Assembly (NCBI RefSeq): GCF_963921235.1
Contig: NC_086107.1
Location: 94,924,001-94,984,000 of the forward strand
DNA from: Mobula hypostoma
Lineage: Eukaryota
Reading direction: 5' to 3'
DNA: 60,000 bases
Shown here in pieces: positions 12,551-25,600 of the stretch; positions within the stretch are counted from its first letter, which is position 1; each line of letters begins with the position of its first letter. Position numbers and translations under genes: made by a program. The notes below the pieces were generated by a model. The model ran no database searches. It saw only the letters and a program-made list of their open reading frames with translations, and was not told the origin of the DNA.

Positions 12551-13681
12551 AACTCCTCTGTGGATTTCTGGGATTGAGTTCCCATCATTTCCTACTCACT
12601 CTCCCACACTGGTAATCCATCGTTGGTCAGCGGCCCCACCCTCCCAGTACCAGCAACACAGCCGACTTCAGCCAACCAGTGATCAGAGTCCAGACCCAAG
12701 GTCATTGCCATGGCAACTATGAATCTGATTGGACACTGAACCTAGACCTTTTAGAAAACTTGCAGTCTCCAAATAATGACCAAAGGTCCATTGAGTCATA
12801 GACCAAAACAGCACAGAAACAGGCCCTTCGGCCCAATTCATCCATGCTGACCATTATGCCCGTCTAAGTCACATTGCACATTTAGCTAGAGATGCAACAA
12901 AGATTTTTACTCCTCATGTATGTGAAGGATGTAAAAAAAAATGAAGTCAATTCAATTCAATTCTCTGGGGAAAAAAAGATCAACTATATCCACTTTATCT
13001 CTGTTCCTCATGATTTTATACACCTCAGTCAGATCATCCCTTACACTCCTACACACTAAGGAATAAAGTCCCAGCCTGTCCAATTTCTCCCTATAACTCA
13101 GGCCTTCTAGTCCTGGCAACATCCTTGTAAACCTTCTTTGCATTCTTTCCAGTAATGACATCTTTATTGTAACAGGGTGACCAAAACTATACACAATACT
13201 CCAGGTGTGGCCTCACCAATGTCTTATACAACTAGAAAATGTATAAAATGGTAAAAGAGAAACTCTGTTTAATTTTATTTTCTTTGTGCAGATTGCTTAT
13301 TAAAGTATCTGAGATGGGAATAAAAAATGTTTGATTGACAATCACAATAATATTCTCCACGTGAGTAATAAGCAATTCACTGTGTGTGTGTGTTTCTCTG
13401 CATTTTCAGCACCTGCAGAATCTCCTGTGAACAATTCACTCACTTCCTGATTGCCTGTGGGAAGTCATGTTGATTGGCATGTTGAGTGACCAATAGCACA
13501 AGGGGGAAGGGTCATGTGACAACACTTCTGGAAATGCCGGCCACAGAGCTGGCTATCCAACAATGTGAGGGGATCACTGTGCCCTTAAGTCACCAGGGAG
13601 TGAGGAGGCCTGTGGATTCTCCCAGCTGTACAAAACTTTGTTCAAATTAATGATGGCTTTAAAACAAATGACTGTACAGAC

Positions 13682-13852
13682 CCAGCATACGGAGGGGGTG
13701 GGGCATCGTATTGGCCCGATCTCCTCAGAGCCTCCTCGTAGGAAGGCAGCCCAGGGGCTCTGGCCTCCAGTGTGTTCAGGGGCACCACCTCGCTCGGTCT
13801 CAGGGCTGGTTGGCTGGCCGTGTTTGGGACTTGCCCTCGGTACTCCGGCGGT
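13682..13852 (-). CDS. PRRG2: PRRG2-like coding exon 5: cytoplasmic tail with PY motifs
   Basis: gctgttttctccgccag|A CCG CCG GAG TAC...; PPEYRGQVPNTASQPALRPSEVVPLNTLEARAPGLPSYEEALRRSGQYDAPPPPYA; the LPSYE..AL..SG..DAPPPPY tail is PRRG2-type; donor GG|gtctgt, phase 2. Confidence 0.92.
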
Positions 13853-14171
13853 CTGGCGGAGAAAACAGCAAGGTGTTAGAAATAGTGCAGCAGTGATCGA
13901 GGATATTCTGCCCCTTAGTCGCACTTCCGTTCACTTTTCACCCCCTGCCACCCGCCTCCCCGCACCCATGAGAGCAGGGAGGGGGTGCAAATACATTCAG
14001 GAAAGTCAGCCAAACAACTATTTCCACCAGATCAGACGTTACTGAACTGAAAGGGCCTCACCCCACGCCGATCCCACCCGTCTCATCGTCCACTCAAGGG
14101 CGCCTTTCAAACGCACAAAGTTCTCATCCAGCCCACTCTCGCTCTGTGGGGGTTTGACGTCTGACACTAAC

Positions 14172-14298
14172 CTCTCCCGCTTCCCACTCTGCTTGAAGAA
14201 GTAGGCCACAAGGAGTCCAATCAGGATGAGGAGGATGAAGGCAGTGATGAGGCCTGCCACCAGGCCGGCGACATCAAACTTGTGGGCAGTGGGGCCTC
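14172..14298 (-). CDS. PRRG2: PRRG2-like coding exon 4: transmembrane helix
   Basis: ccactttag|GA GGC...; GPTAHKFDVAGLVAGLITAFILLILIGLLVAYFFKQSGKRE; hydrophobic helix followed by basic residues; donor AG|gttagt, phase 2. Confidence 0.92.
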
Positions 14299-14469
14299 CT
14301 AAAGTGGTGGCAAGAGTTACCAGAGAGTTATAGTGGGAATCAGCTCCATTGGCCCATCGAACTTCGAACCATGCCACCCATTAATCTCCCAGCAACCCGA
14401 ATCCCATTTTAATTCTTCCCACATCCCTATCAAATATCTCCCAGGGTCAGACCTGGTCGTAATATATTG

Positions 14470-15070
14470 AAGCAGCTATAAAAGCAAGACAGCGGCTACA
14501 TTTCATTAGGAGATGGAGGTGATTTGGTTTATCACCGAAAACATTTGAAAACTTCTATGGGTGTACCATGCAGAGCTTTCTGACTGGCTGCATCACGGTC
14601 TGGTACGGGAGGGAGGACGACTGCACAGTTGCAGAAAGTTGTAAAGTTAGTCAGCTCCATCATGGGCGCTAGTCTCCATAGTATCCAAAACATCTTCAAG
14701 GAGCGGTGCCTCAGGAAGGCAGCGTCCATCATTAAGGACCCCCACCACCCAGGACATGCCCTCTTCTCGTTGTTATCGTCAGGAAGGAGGTACAGAAGCC
14801 TGAAGGCACACATTCAGTGCTTCGGGAACAGCTTCTTCCCCTCTGCCATACAATTCCTAAATGGACGTTGAACCCATAACACTATCTCACAACATTTTTA
14901 AAAATTTAATTTCTGTTCTTGCACTTCTCATTTTAACTTAACTATTTAATATACATATATAATTACTGTAATTCCATTTCTTTTCTATATTTATCAAGTA
15001 TTGCATTGTACTGCTGCCGCAAAATTAACAAATTTCACAACATATGCTGGTGATATTAAACCTGATTCTG
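14470..15070 (+). mobile_element. Rex1-like LINE 3' fragment (relatives at ~1705-2290 minus, 20830-21270 plus, 21830-22310 plus)
   Basis: QKVV..SIMG.SL.SIQ.IF.ERCL.KAASIIKDPHHPGHALFSLL.SGRRYRSL..F.NSFFP.AI..LN; tail gatattaaacctgattctga. Confidence 0.8.
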
Positions 15071-16354
15071 AACTACCAACCCCCACCCCCGCCACAGATG
15101 CCCCTCCCCGACACACTAGTGGCTAATGAACCCACTGACTGGCAAGATTTTGAGATGAGGGAGGAAACCAGAGCTCCGGGGGGGAATCCCGTGCTGCCAC
15201 AAGAAGAATGGGCAAATTCCAGACACGCAGTGGGACTGAACCTGCATTGGCTGGAGGTCGGAAGCAACAGTTCTTCCAGTGCTGCGTCAGCAGAACGGTA
15301 ACAGCGACGGGGTAATTCCTAAATCCCAAATTATGGCTCCAGGGCCCGAGAGGAATGATCTGAGGTTTGTACGAGTTAAGCAACATGCCAGATCAAAAAG
15401 GTCAGGGTGTTGGTGGGGTAGGTTTTAGCTCTCTGTTCTGCAGGGTTTACTCATCTCTGTGCTGAATTGAGGCTGTGGCCTGCAACTGACGGGCTTCTGA
15501 ATCAGCTGTGACTGCCTTCATGGCTGTGGACTCACCTTCATGAACTTCAGTTCTGAATGCTATTTGCCTACTTTTATGTTTATATAATTTGCTCTTTTCT
15601 CCCCGCACATTGGGTGTTTGATGGTCTTTTTTTTTCGATGGGTTCTATTAGATTTCTTTGTTTTGGGGCTGCCTGTAAGGAGACGAATCTCAAAGTTGTA
15701 TATAGTAAACATACTTTGATAATACATGTACTTTGAACTTTTGATCTGGAATTGGAGTACTGGATTGCTTTTTTAAAAATAAATTCTGGTCCAGAGATTG
15801 ATCTGAGCTATCTCCTTCATTATCACTGCCTCCCTAACAACGTTGTGAGTTTACCCACACCTCGAGAACCAACATGGTTAAAGAGGCGACTCACCATCAC
15901 ACCTTGAAGGGCAATTAAAGATTAGCTTTACTTGCCACACGTGCACAGAAATGCGACGTTTGCCATCAACGCCGAGCACAGTCTGGGGATGTGCTGGGGG
16001 CAGCCTGCAAATGTCGCCATGATGTTCTGGTGTCGACAGAGCCTGCTCACAACTCACTATCTGCACACGTAAACACCAGAGATCCTGCAGATGCTGGAAA
16101 TCCAGCGCAACACACACACCAAATGCTGGCAGAATGCAGCATCTAGTCAATGTTTCGGGCTGCGACACTTCTTCAGGAATGGAAAGGAAAGGGCGGGTGG
16201 GGAAGATGCCAGAATGAAATGGTGGTGGGGGAGGGGAAGGAGGATAGCTAGAAGTTGATTGGTGAAGCCAAGTGGGTGGGAAAGGTGAAGGGCTGCAGAG
16301 GAATTAATCTGATAGGGGAGGAGAGTGGACCATGGGTAAAAGGGAAGAAGGCCC

Positions 16355-18372
16355 TGGCCACAAGGTTTGCTGGAGTTATTTGGGAGAGTTTACACTAGTT
16401 TTGCAGGGGGCTGGGAACTGGAACCTCCAGGTCAGTAAGGGAAGATCCAGACTGGATGGCAGATGTCAGGAAAAGTATTGAAGTACAAACAAGAGAAAAT
16501 CTGCAGATGCTGAAAAGTATTGAAGTGTGTATTTTTTAATACTACGAGTATTATAGGTAAGGGTGATGAACTTAGAGCACGGATCAGTACATGGAACTTT
16601 CATGTTGTAGCCATTACTGAAACTTGGTTGAGAGAGGGGGAGGAATAGGTGATTAATTTAACAGGTTTTTGAGGTATGTAATGAGTACTTTGCTTCAGTG
16701 TTTACCAAGGAAAAGAACCAGGAGATCAGTGCCTAGTGGATAAATACCTTAGGATGTTTACAGGTCAAAGAGGAGGAAGTGTTGGGCCTCCTAATGAGGA
16801 TTAAGGTGGATAAGACCCCAGAGCTTGATGGGATTTACCCCAAGTTATTGAAGGAGGCAAGAGATGAGGTTGCTGGGCCCTTGACCAGTATCTTTGTGTC
16901 CTCTCTAGCCACAGGTGATGTCCTGGAGGACTGGTGAGTAGCTAATGTTGTACCTCGATTTAAGAAGGGAACAAAGGAAAATGCTGGAGACTACAGACTG
17001 CTGAGTCTCACATCAGTTGTAAGGAAATTGCTGGAGAAAATTCTTGGGGATGGGATATATGAGCATTTGGAAACCCTTGGGCTAATTAGGGGGAGCCAGC
17101 ATGACTTTGTGCGGGGCAGGTCAGGTCTTGTGAAGTTGATTGAGCTTTTGACACGATGATGAGAGGGATTGATGAGGGTAGGGCAGCGAATGCTGTCGAC
17201 ATGGCATTTGACGAAGTCCCTTATGGGAGGATAATCCGGAAGATTAAGATGCGTGGGGTCCACACATCTCAGCTGTTTGGAATCAGAAATGGCTTGCCCA
17301 CAGAAGTCAGAGGCTGGTAGTTGAAGGGATTTATTTGAGTTGAGGTCTGTAATTAGTGGTGTTCCGCAGGGATCTATGCTGGGACCTCTGCTGTTTGTGA
17401 TGTGTATAAAATGATCTGGATGAACATGTAGATGGGTGGGTTTAAAAGTTTACAGATGATACCAAGACTGATGGGGGTGTGTGTAGTGCAGAGGACTAGC
17501 AAAGAGTAAAGTGAAATGGAGAACAGTAGCAGATATGGGCAGAGAAATGGCAGATGGAGTTTACCCCAGATAAATGAGGTGTTGCACCTTGGCAGGGCAA
17601 ATGCAAGGAGACAGTACACTGTTGAGGACAAGGTCCTCAAGTGTTGCTGAGCAGAGAGATCTTGGGACCCAAGTTCACAGCTCCTTGAAAGTGGCTACAC
17701 AGGTCGATAAGGTGGTTAAGAAGGCTTATGGAATGCTTGTACTAGTTGAGGCACTGAGTTCAAAAGTCAAGAGGTTATGTTGCAACTTTATAAAACTCTG
17801 GTTAGGCCACATCTGGAGTTTTGTGTACAGTTCTGGTCACCCCACTGTAGGAAGGATATTGAGGCTTTGGAGAGGGTGCAGAAGAGGCTTACCAGGATGC
17901 TGCCTGGTTTAGAGAGCATGTGCTATCATGAGAGGCTGGACAAACTTTGGTTGTTTTCTCTGGAGCAGTGGAGGCTGAGGGGAGATCTGATAGCAGTTTA
18001 CAAGATTATGACAGGTATCGATAGAGTGGACAGAGAGTATCGTTTCCCCAGAGCTGAAATGTCTAATACCAGAGGGCATGCTCTGAAGGTGAGAGGGTAG
18101 GTTCAAGGGGGATGTGAGGGGTAAATTTTTTACTCAGAGTGATGGATGCCTGGAATGCACTACCTGGTATGGTGGTAGAGGCAAATACATTAGAGGCTTT
18201 TAAGAGACGTTTGGATAGGCACATGGATGCAAGGAAAATGGAGGGACATGGGCATGGTGTAGGTAGGAGGGATTAGTGTTTGGGTGTTATTGGTTTGCTT
18301 TTTAGCTAGTTCGGCAAAACACTGTGGGCCAAGTGGCATGTTCCTGTGCTGTACTGTTCTATATTCTATGTC
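16355..18372 (+). mobile_element. Decayed CR1 LINE (ORF2 with deletions, 3' tail)
   Basis: LYKTLVRPHLEFCVQFWSP..ERVQKR.TRMLPGL..RLRGDLI.VYKIM; tail gttctatattctatgtcct. Confidence 0.92.
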
Positions 18373-18900
18373 CTAAAGAGGGGACCCGGGGGAGGTGACA
18401 GGCAGGTGAGAAAAGGTAAAGAGGCTAGAGTGGGGAATAGGAGAGAACAGCGATTTTTTTTTAAACTGGAAGGAGAAATTGATGTTCATGCCATCAAGTT
18501 GGAGGATACCCAGACATAATATGAGGTATCGCTCCTCCACCGTGAGGGTGGCCTCATTGTGGGAGCAGAGGCAGCCATGGACCGACATGTCAGAAGGTGC
18601 ATAGGAATCAGATTTAAAGTGTTTGGCCACCGGGACATTCTGCTTTTGGTGGCGGATGGTCATTTTGGGCCGAAGGGCCTATACTGTTCTACGTTCCGAA
18701 ACTCCTGAAAGGTGAATGGAAGGACTCAGAGGACGGACATATTGGAAAAACCACAGGGATCTACAAAGCCTCAAAATTTGGTCAAAGGGGCAAACGTTTG
18801 TCCCAGCAGGGGAAATGTTCACATTGAATGGTGCGTTCACAGGCTCAGTAGCTTTACACTGAAATCAGGCACTAGGTGATCACACGGCACAGTCACTTAC

Positions 18901-18934
18901 CCGGCTTCTGCTTGTACTCATTCCAGAATTGAAG
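18901..18934 (-). CDS. PRRG2: PRRG2-like coding exon 3: 34-nt aromatic-stack exon (FWxxY)
   Basis: cttccttcctccag|CTT CAA TTC TGG AAT GAG TAC AAG CAG AAG CCG G|gtaagt = LQFWNEYKQKP; phase 0 in and phase 1 out fit both neighbours. Not in the ORF track. Confidence 0.92.
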
Positions 18935-21900
18935 CTGGAGGAAGGAAGCACACACACACACTCAGAATTACTCCGAATAATAAGACAGAAAACATAACTG
19001 AGGTTAGAGCTAGGTAGATCAGGAGTTGGATTTAGATTTATCATGTGTACATCGAAACATACAGTGAAATGCGCCATTTGTGTTAGCACCCTACACTATG
19101 CAGGTGTCACCATACATTCCAGCACCAACATAGCATTCCTTTCAGACTCAGGATGAACTACAGAGGACGGGGAGGAGGTCTGGCCCTGCACTTGCAGCAC
19201 ACAGGCCCACTGGCACGTGGACACGCCCTGGTGCTCGTGTACCAGATCCCCAGCTATGGGTAAGTAGCCCCACTGCCTTGTGGGCAGCCTCGGGAGAGAC
19301 GAAGGCTACGGGAGTAAACCCAGACAGCAAATCCGGAGTGGAGACCCTAAGGCGGCTGGACGTCATTGAACATCCTTCCGGCAGCTCCTGCACCCAAGCT
19401 GGTGCCAAACGTATTGCTTCATAAGCTCTCCTTTGGAGTACAGTGGTGAGGCCGAGAGGGGGGTCTTGATGACTGGGCATCTCAGGGTCTCCATACCTTC
19501 CACCCAGGCTTGTGATGATGATCAGCATCACCCACTGTCCTTCGAGACAGACGGATGCCAACCAACCGTTCAATAAAAGTTAATTTCTTGTTTCTCCAAA
19601 TTCCTACACAATACAAGTAGTCTGATATTGATATTAAAACTTGTGTTCAGCTTCAGTCTATCATAAACAAAAATAAAATTCTGAGAAAGCAACACTTCCG
19701 AAAGAAATTTTTGTCCAGTATAATTGCTGACAAAGTGACTCTTAGTAAGAATCCAAACATTGAACATGTGACGATCAACTGCAATTCATCACCTACCCCT
19801 CCTAAAGGCATTTTTAAAGTACATCACAATAAAGAGCGCAACTTAGATAAGAGAGAGGTGACTCATTTTGGACAGTCAACCCGGGGTAGGAGTAATACAG
19901 TGAACAGCAGAGCACTGACAAGCCGATCAGAAGTACCTGGGAGAACAAATGGCCGCCTAAATAGGCAGGGTGATGAAGACAGCATTTAGCGTATCGACCT
20001 TCTGCAGTCTGGACATCCAGCTTAGGAGTAGAGACATTATGCTGCAGTTGTGTTGGTGAGACCTCGCTGGAAGTACCGTGTCCAGTTCTGGTCACCCTCT
20101 TACAGGAAAGAGGCATCGCCCAGCTAGACAGTGCAGAAGAGATTTGAGGGCCTGAGTTATAGGGAAAGGTTGTCCATGCTGGGTCTCTATTCCTTGGAGT
20201 GTAAAAGCAGTGAAGCTTTTAAAACAGTGGGGGGAGGTGTCTGGAGGTGTCTGGATGGGCTAGACAGTCATTGATTTTTCACCAGGGTGGTGGTGTCCAA
20301 AACCAGAGGGCACTGATACAAGATAAAAGGGCAAGTTAAAAAAGACCAGAGACACAACTTCTTTACAGAGAGATGCAGCAGACACTTACAGCAAGGTGGC
20401 AGAGGAAGTGACCAATTGAGACATTTGGATAGTTGCACGGAGGGGAAAGGGCTTGGAAGACTACGGGCTGAAAGCAGGCACTCAGGATGAAGGAGGCTAC
20501 ATTTTAGTAGGAGCTTTGAGGAGATTTGGTATGTCAACAAAGACTCAGGCAAATTTCTACAGATGAACGGTGGAGAGCATTCTGACTAGTTGCAACACCG
20601 TCTGGTACGGAAGGAGGATGCTGCAGTCAGCATAGGCCAGATGGGCTGAAAGGCTTGTTCCCATGCTGGATGACTCTATGAGTCCATAGTGTGGGCACGT
20701 GAATAACATTTGAAATGGAACTACCCAGTTATTTGCAGGTAACCCAGAGCAGGCTGAGAGGAGGAGGGAGCTCAGAGCTGGTAGAAAGGATTAAAACTTG
20801 TGGATGTGTATCAAGATAACCTTATCGTGGTGCACAGTCATGGTGCATCTGTCTCATACCAGTGCCCAAGGAGAGCAGGGTGAGCTGCCTCAAAGACCAT
20901 CACCCAGTGGCGTTCACTTCTACAGCGATGAAGCCCTTTGAGAGGTTGGTCATGATTAGAATCAACTCCTCCCTAAGCAAAGACCAGGACCTGCTGCATT
21001 TTGCCTGTCACCACAATAGATCTACAGCAGATGCAATCTCACCGGCTCACTGAATCACCTGGACAATAACAAGACCTACACCAGGCTGCTGTTTACTGAC
21101 TGCAGCTCAGCGTTCAACACAATCATACCCTCAGTTCCAATCAAAAAGCTCCAAAACTTGGGCCTCTGTATTTCTCTCTACAACTGGATCATTGGGAGAC
21201 CACTGTCTGTGCAGTTTGAAAATAACCTTGCTGATAATCAACACTGTCACACCTCAAGGATGTGCGTGTAAGCCCTGGTTAAGATCTTACTGCTAATGTT
21301 GCAGGGCATTTCATTTTAGATTTAGATTATGAGGACACGCAGTCCTCTTTTATGGTCATTTAGTAATGCATGCATTAAGAAATGATACAAAATTTAATGG
21401 CTTTCCGCAGAAGCAGTTTGTTCTACTGGTAGTGTCTGGGTTACCATTAAAGATAAGGGGTTGTGATGTTCATGCTTAGGATTGCCATGTCATCCAATCA
21501 GGATGGTGGAGTTGGGAGAAGGTTCTAGAGCACGCTGTGGGAGGAGTTTTGTGATGGACACTGAGGTGGATCGAGGGCTTTTTCAGTGGGAGGGAGAGAG
21601 AAGAAACTTGAGGGAACCAGCTGTAGGACTTGATCCGTCTGGAAAGCACAAGAGGAAATTCTACTGGTGAAAGGGAGTTGGCGTGTGAGTACATCGGACA
21701 CATCAGCTTTTGCAGGAGTTCAGCTCCAACCTCTGCACATTTGACTGTTTTAATAATGATGGGCCCTTTTGTTTTTTTTTCTTTACTCACAGTTTGGTTA
21801 AGTTAACATTCATAAATGTACTTTCTTTATAATTGATTGCATCATGGCCTGGTATGGAAACACTAAATGCTCAGGAATGGAAAAGACTGTACATTTCCAA

Positions 21901-23598
21901 GGGCCCTGCCACAAGAAAGCAGCATCCATCATCAAGTTCACCCCACCATCCTGTCATCTTGGTGTTGCCACTGGGCAGGAGGTATAGGAGCCTCGGGGCA
22001 CCATACTACCAAGTTCAGGAACAGTTATTACCCAACAACCATCAGGTTCCTGAACCAGCGTGGATAACTTCACTCACCTAAACACTGAACTGATCCACAA
22101 CCTACAGGCTCATCTTCAAGGACTCTCACAACTCGTTCTCAGCATTATTTACTTTTTACTTGCACAATATGTCTTCTTTTGCACGTTGGTTGTTTTGTCA
22201 GTCTTTTTCATAGATTTTATAGTATTTACCTGTTTCCTGTAAATGTTTGCAAGAAGATGCATCTCGAGGTAGCATATAGCAATTTTGATAATAAATTGCC
22301 TTTGAACTCTATCTCTGTCCTCTAGTTTTACCTCCTTCTGATATTGGAGGAAGGTTTCCTACAATCTATCTTATCTATACCTCTCATAATTTTGCATACT
22401 CAATCACATTCCCTCCGAACACCCTTCATTCCGGGAGAAACAGAGCCAGCCTCTCCTCATAACTCAAATGTGCTATCCAGGGCAACACCCTAGCGAATCT
22501 CCTCACAGCCCTTCCCAGCTCCATCACATACTTTAAGCCCAAATACAAGAGATTCTGCAGATGCTGGAAATCCAGAGCACCACACCCACAAAATGCTGGG
22601 AGAACTCAGCAGGTCAGGCAGCACCCATGGAGGGAAACAAACAGCTGGCGTTTGGGGACGAAATATTTCATCAAACTGCTCACCTGGCCTCAGCTATCGC
22701 CTGCCAGCTCATATTTATTCCCCTCACCCTCACCACCTTTTTCTGGCTTCTGCCTCCTTCTTTTCCAGTCCTGATGCAGGTGGGGCTGGAGTACAAACTG
22801 GTAGGCGAAACTAGGTGAGCGGATGGGGGAAGGGTGAAGTAAGATGTTGGGAGATGATTGGTAGAAGGGGTGAAGGAGGAATCTGACAGGAGAGAAGAGC
22901 AGACCATGAAGACAGGTAGGAAGGAGGGGTGTCAGAGGGAGGTGATGAGCAGTTGAGGAGAAGGGGAGTAAGGGTAACTAGAATGGGGAACGTAATGAGA
23001 GACTCTCCCAGTATGTCCACTCTACCTAAGCCTTTCAATCTTACTCTCACTCAGAAGTGCCCTCTCCCTCTCCTGCTGTCACACGGGAGGACGGATAGAG
23101 GGTGACAGGTTGGAACTTGCAGGATGTAGTCCAATCCGAGTTGGCCACACGGCTGCCAGGACCTCGTTCCCCCCGTCCCCCCACAGAGCAGAGGAGTGGG
23201 TAGGTCAGCTTAGGCAGCAGGGATCGGATGACCCTGGGGACCTTGTGAGAGGAACTTTGGGGACGGCATGGTATTACAGTGTCAGTGACCCAGGTTCAAT
23301 TCTGCTGCTGTCCGTAAGGTGTCCGTATGCTCTCCCCGTGACTGTGTGGGTCTCCTCTGGGTGCTCCTCCTCATATCAAGACAGCAAATGCTGTCACCTT
23401 CACTGCCTCAGTCCCAAGCTCTGCAATTCTCTTCAAATCCTCTTCTTCACTTCTCTTCATTAAACCTACTCATGTGACGAAGATTTGGTCAGCTACCTTT
23501 GCAGCTCTTCCACCGCAACATTCCTGGGAAGTTCCTTGGAATCTATTATAAAGCACTTCCTACATGGCTGCTGGTGTTACTTTCACTATGGGATGAGC

Positions 23599-25395
23599 AT
23601 AAGACCATAAGAGGTCATTCAGCCCATCTAGTCTCCTCCGCCATTCCACCTTGGCTGATTTAGTTTCCTTCTAAACCCCATTCTCCTGCCTTCTCCATAA
23701 GACCATAAGACATGGGAGCAGAATTAGGCCATCTGGCCCATCAAGTCTGCTCCGCCATTCAATCATGGCTAATCCTTTTCTTTTCCCCCCTCCTCCAGTT
23801 CCCGGCCTTCTCCCTGTAACCTTTGATGTCATGTCTTATCAAGAACCTATCAATCTCTGCCTTAAATACACCCAACGACCTGGCCTCCACAGCTGCATGT
23901 GGCAACAAATTCCACAAGTTCACCACCCTTTGGCTAAATAAGTTTCTCTGCATCTCTGTTTTGAAAGGGCAACCCCCCTACCCTGGGGCTGGGCACTCTT
24001 GTCCTAGACTCACCAAGAATGGGAAACATCCTTTCCACATCTACTCTGTCTAGGCCTTTCAACATTCAAAAGAATTGAATGAGATGCCCCCTCATCCTTC
24101 CGAATTCCAGCAAGTACAGACCCAGAGCCATCAAACGTTCCTCGTATGATAACCCTTTCATTCCCGGAATCATCCTTGTGAACCTCCTCTGGACACTCTC
24201 CAACGTCAACACATCTTTTCTAAGATGAGGGGCCCAAAACTGTTCACAATACTTAAGGAGAGGCCTCAGCGTCACATCCTAGTTCTTGTATTCTACACCT
24301 CTGAAATGAATGCTAGCATTGCATTTGCCTTCCTCACCACCGGCTCAACCTGCAAGTTAACCTTTAGGGTATTCTGCACAAGAACTCCCATGTCCCTTTG
24401 CATCTCAAATTTTTAGATTTTCTTCCTGCTTAGAAAATAGTCCACATATTTATTTCTACTACCAAAGTGAATGACCATGCGTTTTCCAACATTGTATTTC
24501 ATTTACTACTTTGCTTGTCCATTCTCCTAATCCGTCCAAGTCCTTCTGCATCCTACCCATTTCCTCAATACCACCTGCCCCTCCACCAATCTTCAAATCA
24601 CCTGTACACCTGGCAACAAAGCCATCTATTCCATCATCTAAATCATTTATATACAGCATAAAAAAGAAGTGGTCCCAACACTGGCCCCTGCGGAACACCA
24701 CTAGTCACAGGCAGCCAACCAGAAAAGGATCCTTTTATTCCCACTCGCTGCCTCCTACCAATCAGCCAATGCTCTAACCATGTTAGTAACTTTCCTGTAA
24801 TACCATGGACTCTTAACTTGGTAAGCAGCCTCATGTGTGGCACCTTGTTAAAGGCCTTCTCCCCATAACTGTTGCCACCCTAATAATCAAGAATCTATTA
24901 ATGTCCACTTTAAATACATCTTCCAGAGCCATCTTTGGCAATGAATTCCATAGATCTACCATCCTCTGGCTACAGAAATTGCCCCTCACCTCTGTTCTAC
25001 AGTGACGTCCTTCTATTCCGAGTCTGCGTCCTCTGGTCCTAGACTCTCACACTATTGGAAACATCCTCTGCACGTCCACTCTATCTCAGCCTGTTTCAAT
25101 GAGATACCCCCTTATTCTTTTAAACTTTAGGCCCAGAGCCACCAAACATTCATGTTAACCCTTTCATCCCTGGGATCATTCTCGTGAAACTCCTCTGGAT
25201 CCTCCCCAATGCCAGCACATCCTTTCTTAGATAAGGGGCCCAATATTATTCACAATAGTCCAAGTGCAGTCACTACCTTATAAATCCTCAGCATTACATT
25301 TTTGCTTTTATATTCTAGTCCTATCAAAATTAATGCTAACATTGCATTTGCCTTCCTTACCACCGACTCAGCCTGCATGTTAACCTTTAAGGTGT
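23599..25395 (-). mobile_element. Nested CR1 3' fragments: younger copy (~23698-24856) inside an older one
   Basis: Two ataagaccataaga tails (23599, 23697); gccttctcc(cc)ataa on both flanks of the inner copy; RT peptides VTSGVPQGPVLGPLLF and LYINDLDDGID. Confidence 0.85.
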
Positions 25396-25436
25396 CCTAC
25401 ATTCCTGAAAGCAGATCAAACTGGGAGGATCCCTAC

Positions 25437-25600
25437 CGTCTTATCATCGTCCTCAAAGACTTCACGTGCCTCCTCGTAATTGCACACTTCTTCACAGCAT
25501 TCGCGTTCAATATTTCCTGGAGTTAAGAGCTCAAAATCCCAGCTGTTGTAGAGCAGCTTCCGGTTTAAGAAGGTAGTCGCTTCACGTTCATCCATAAACA
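25437..25600 (-). CDS. PRRG2: PRRG2-like coding exon 2: propeptide + Gla domain
   Basis: ttgcttttag|TG TTT ATG...; (V)FMDEREATTFLNRKLLYNSWDFELLTPGNIERECCEEVCNYEEAREVFEDDDKT matches the Gla signature (ERECxEExCxxEEAREVFE); donor ACG|gtaggg, phase 0. Confidence 0.96.

Noticed and set aside
12704..12733. MHC class II-type SXY module
   Set aside because: X-to-Y spacing is only ~7 bp and no S or X2 box is evident.
14039..14377. 112-aa single-exon membrane protein
   Set aside because: Only 14172-14298 is bounded by splice sites and PRRG-like; flanks are intronic read-through.
19150..19570. HDV-like ribozyme in RTE-like heads (also 2490-2700)
   Set aside because: I could not fold a convincing nested double pseudoknot by eye; an RNArobo/Infernal search is needed.
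25437..25600. Calling the gene PRRG4 or a coagulation factor
   Set aside because: No EGF/kringle/protease exons; TM plus DAPPPPY tail and a separate short last exon favour PRRG2. Phylogeny not run.
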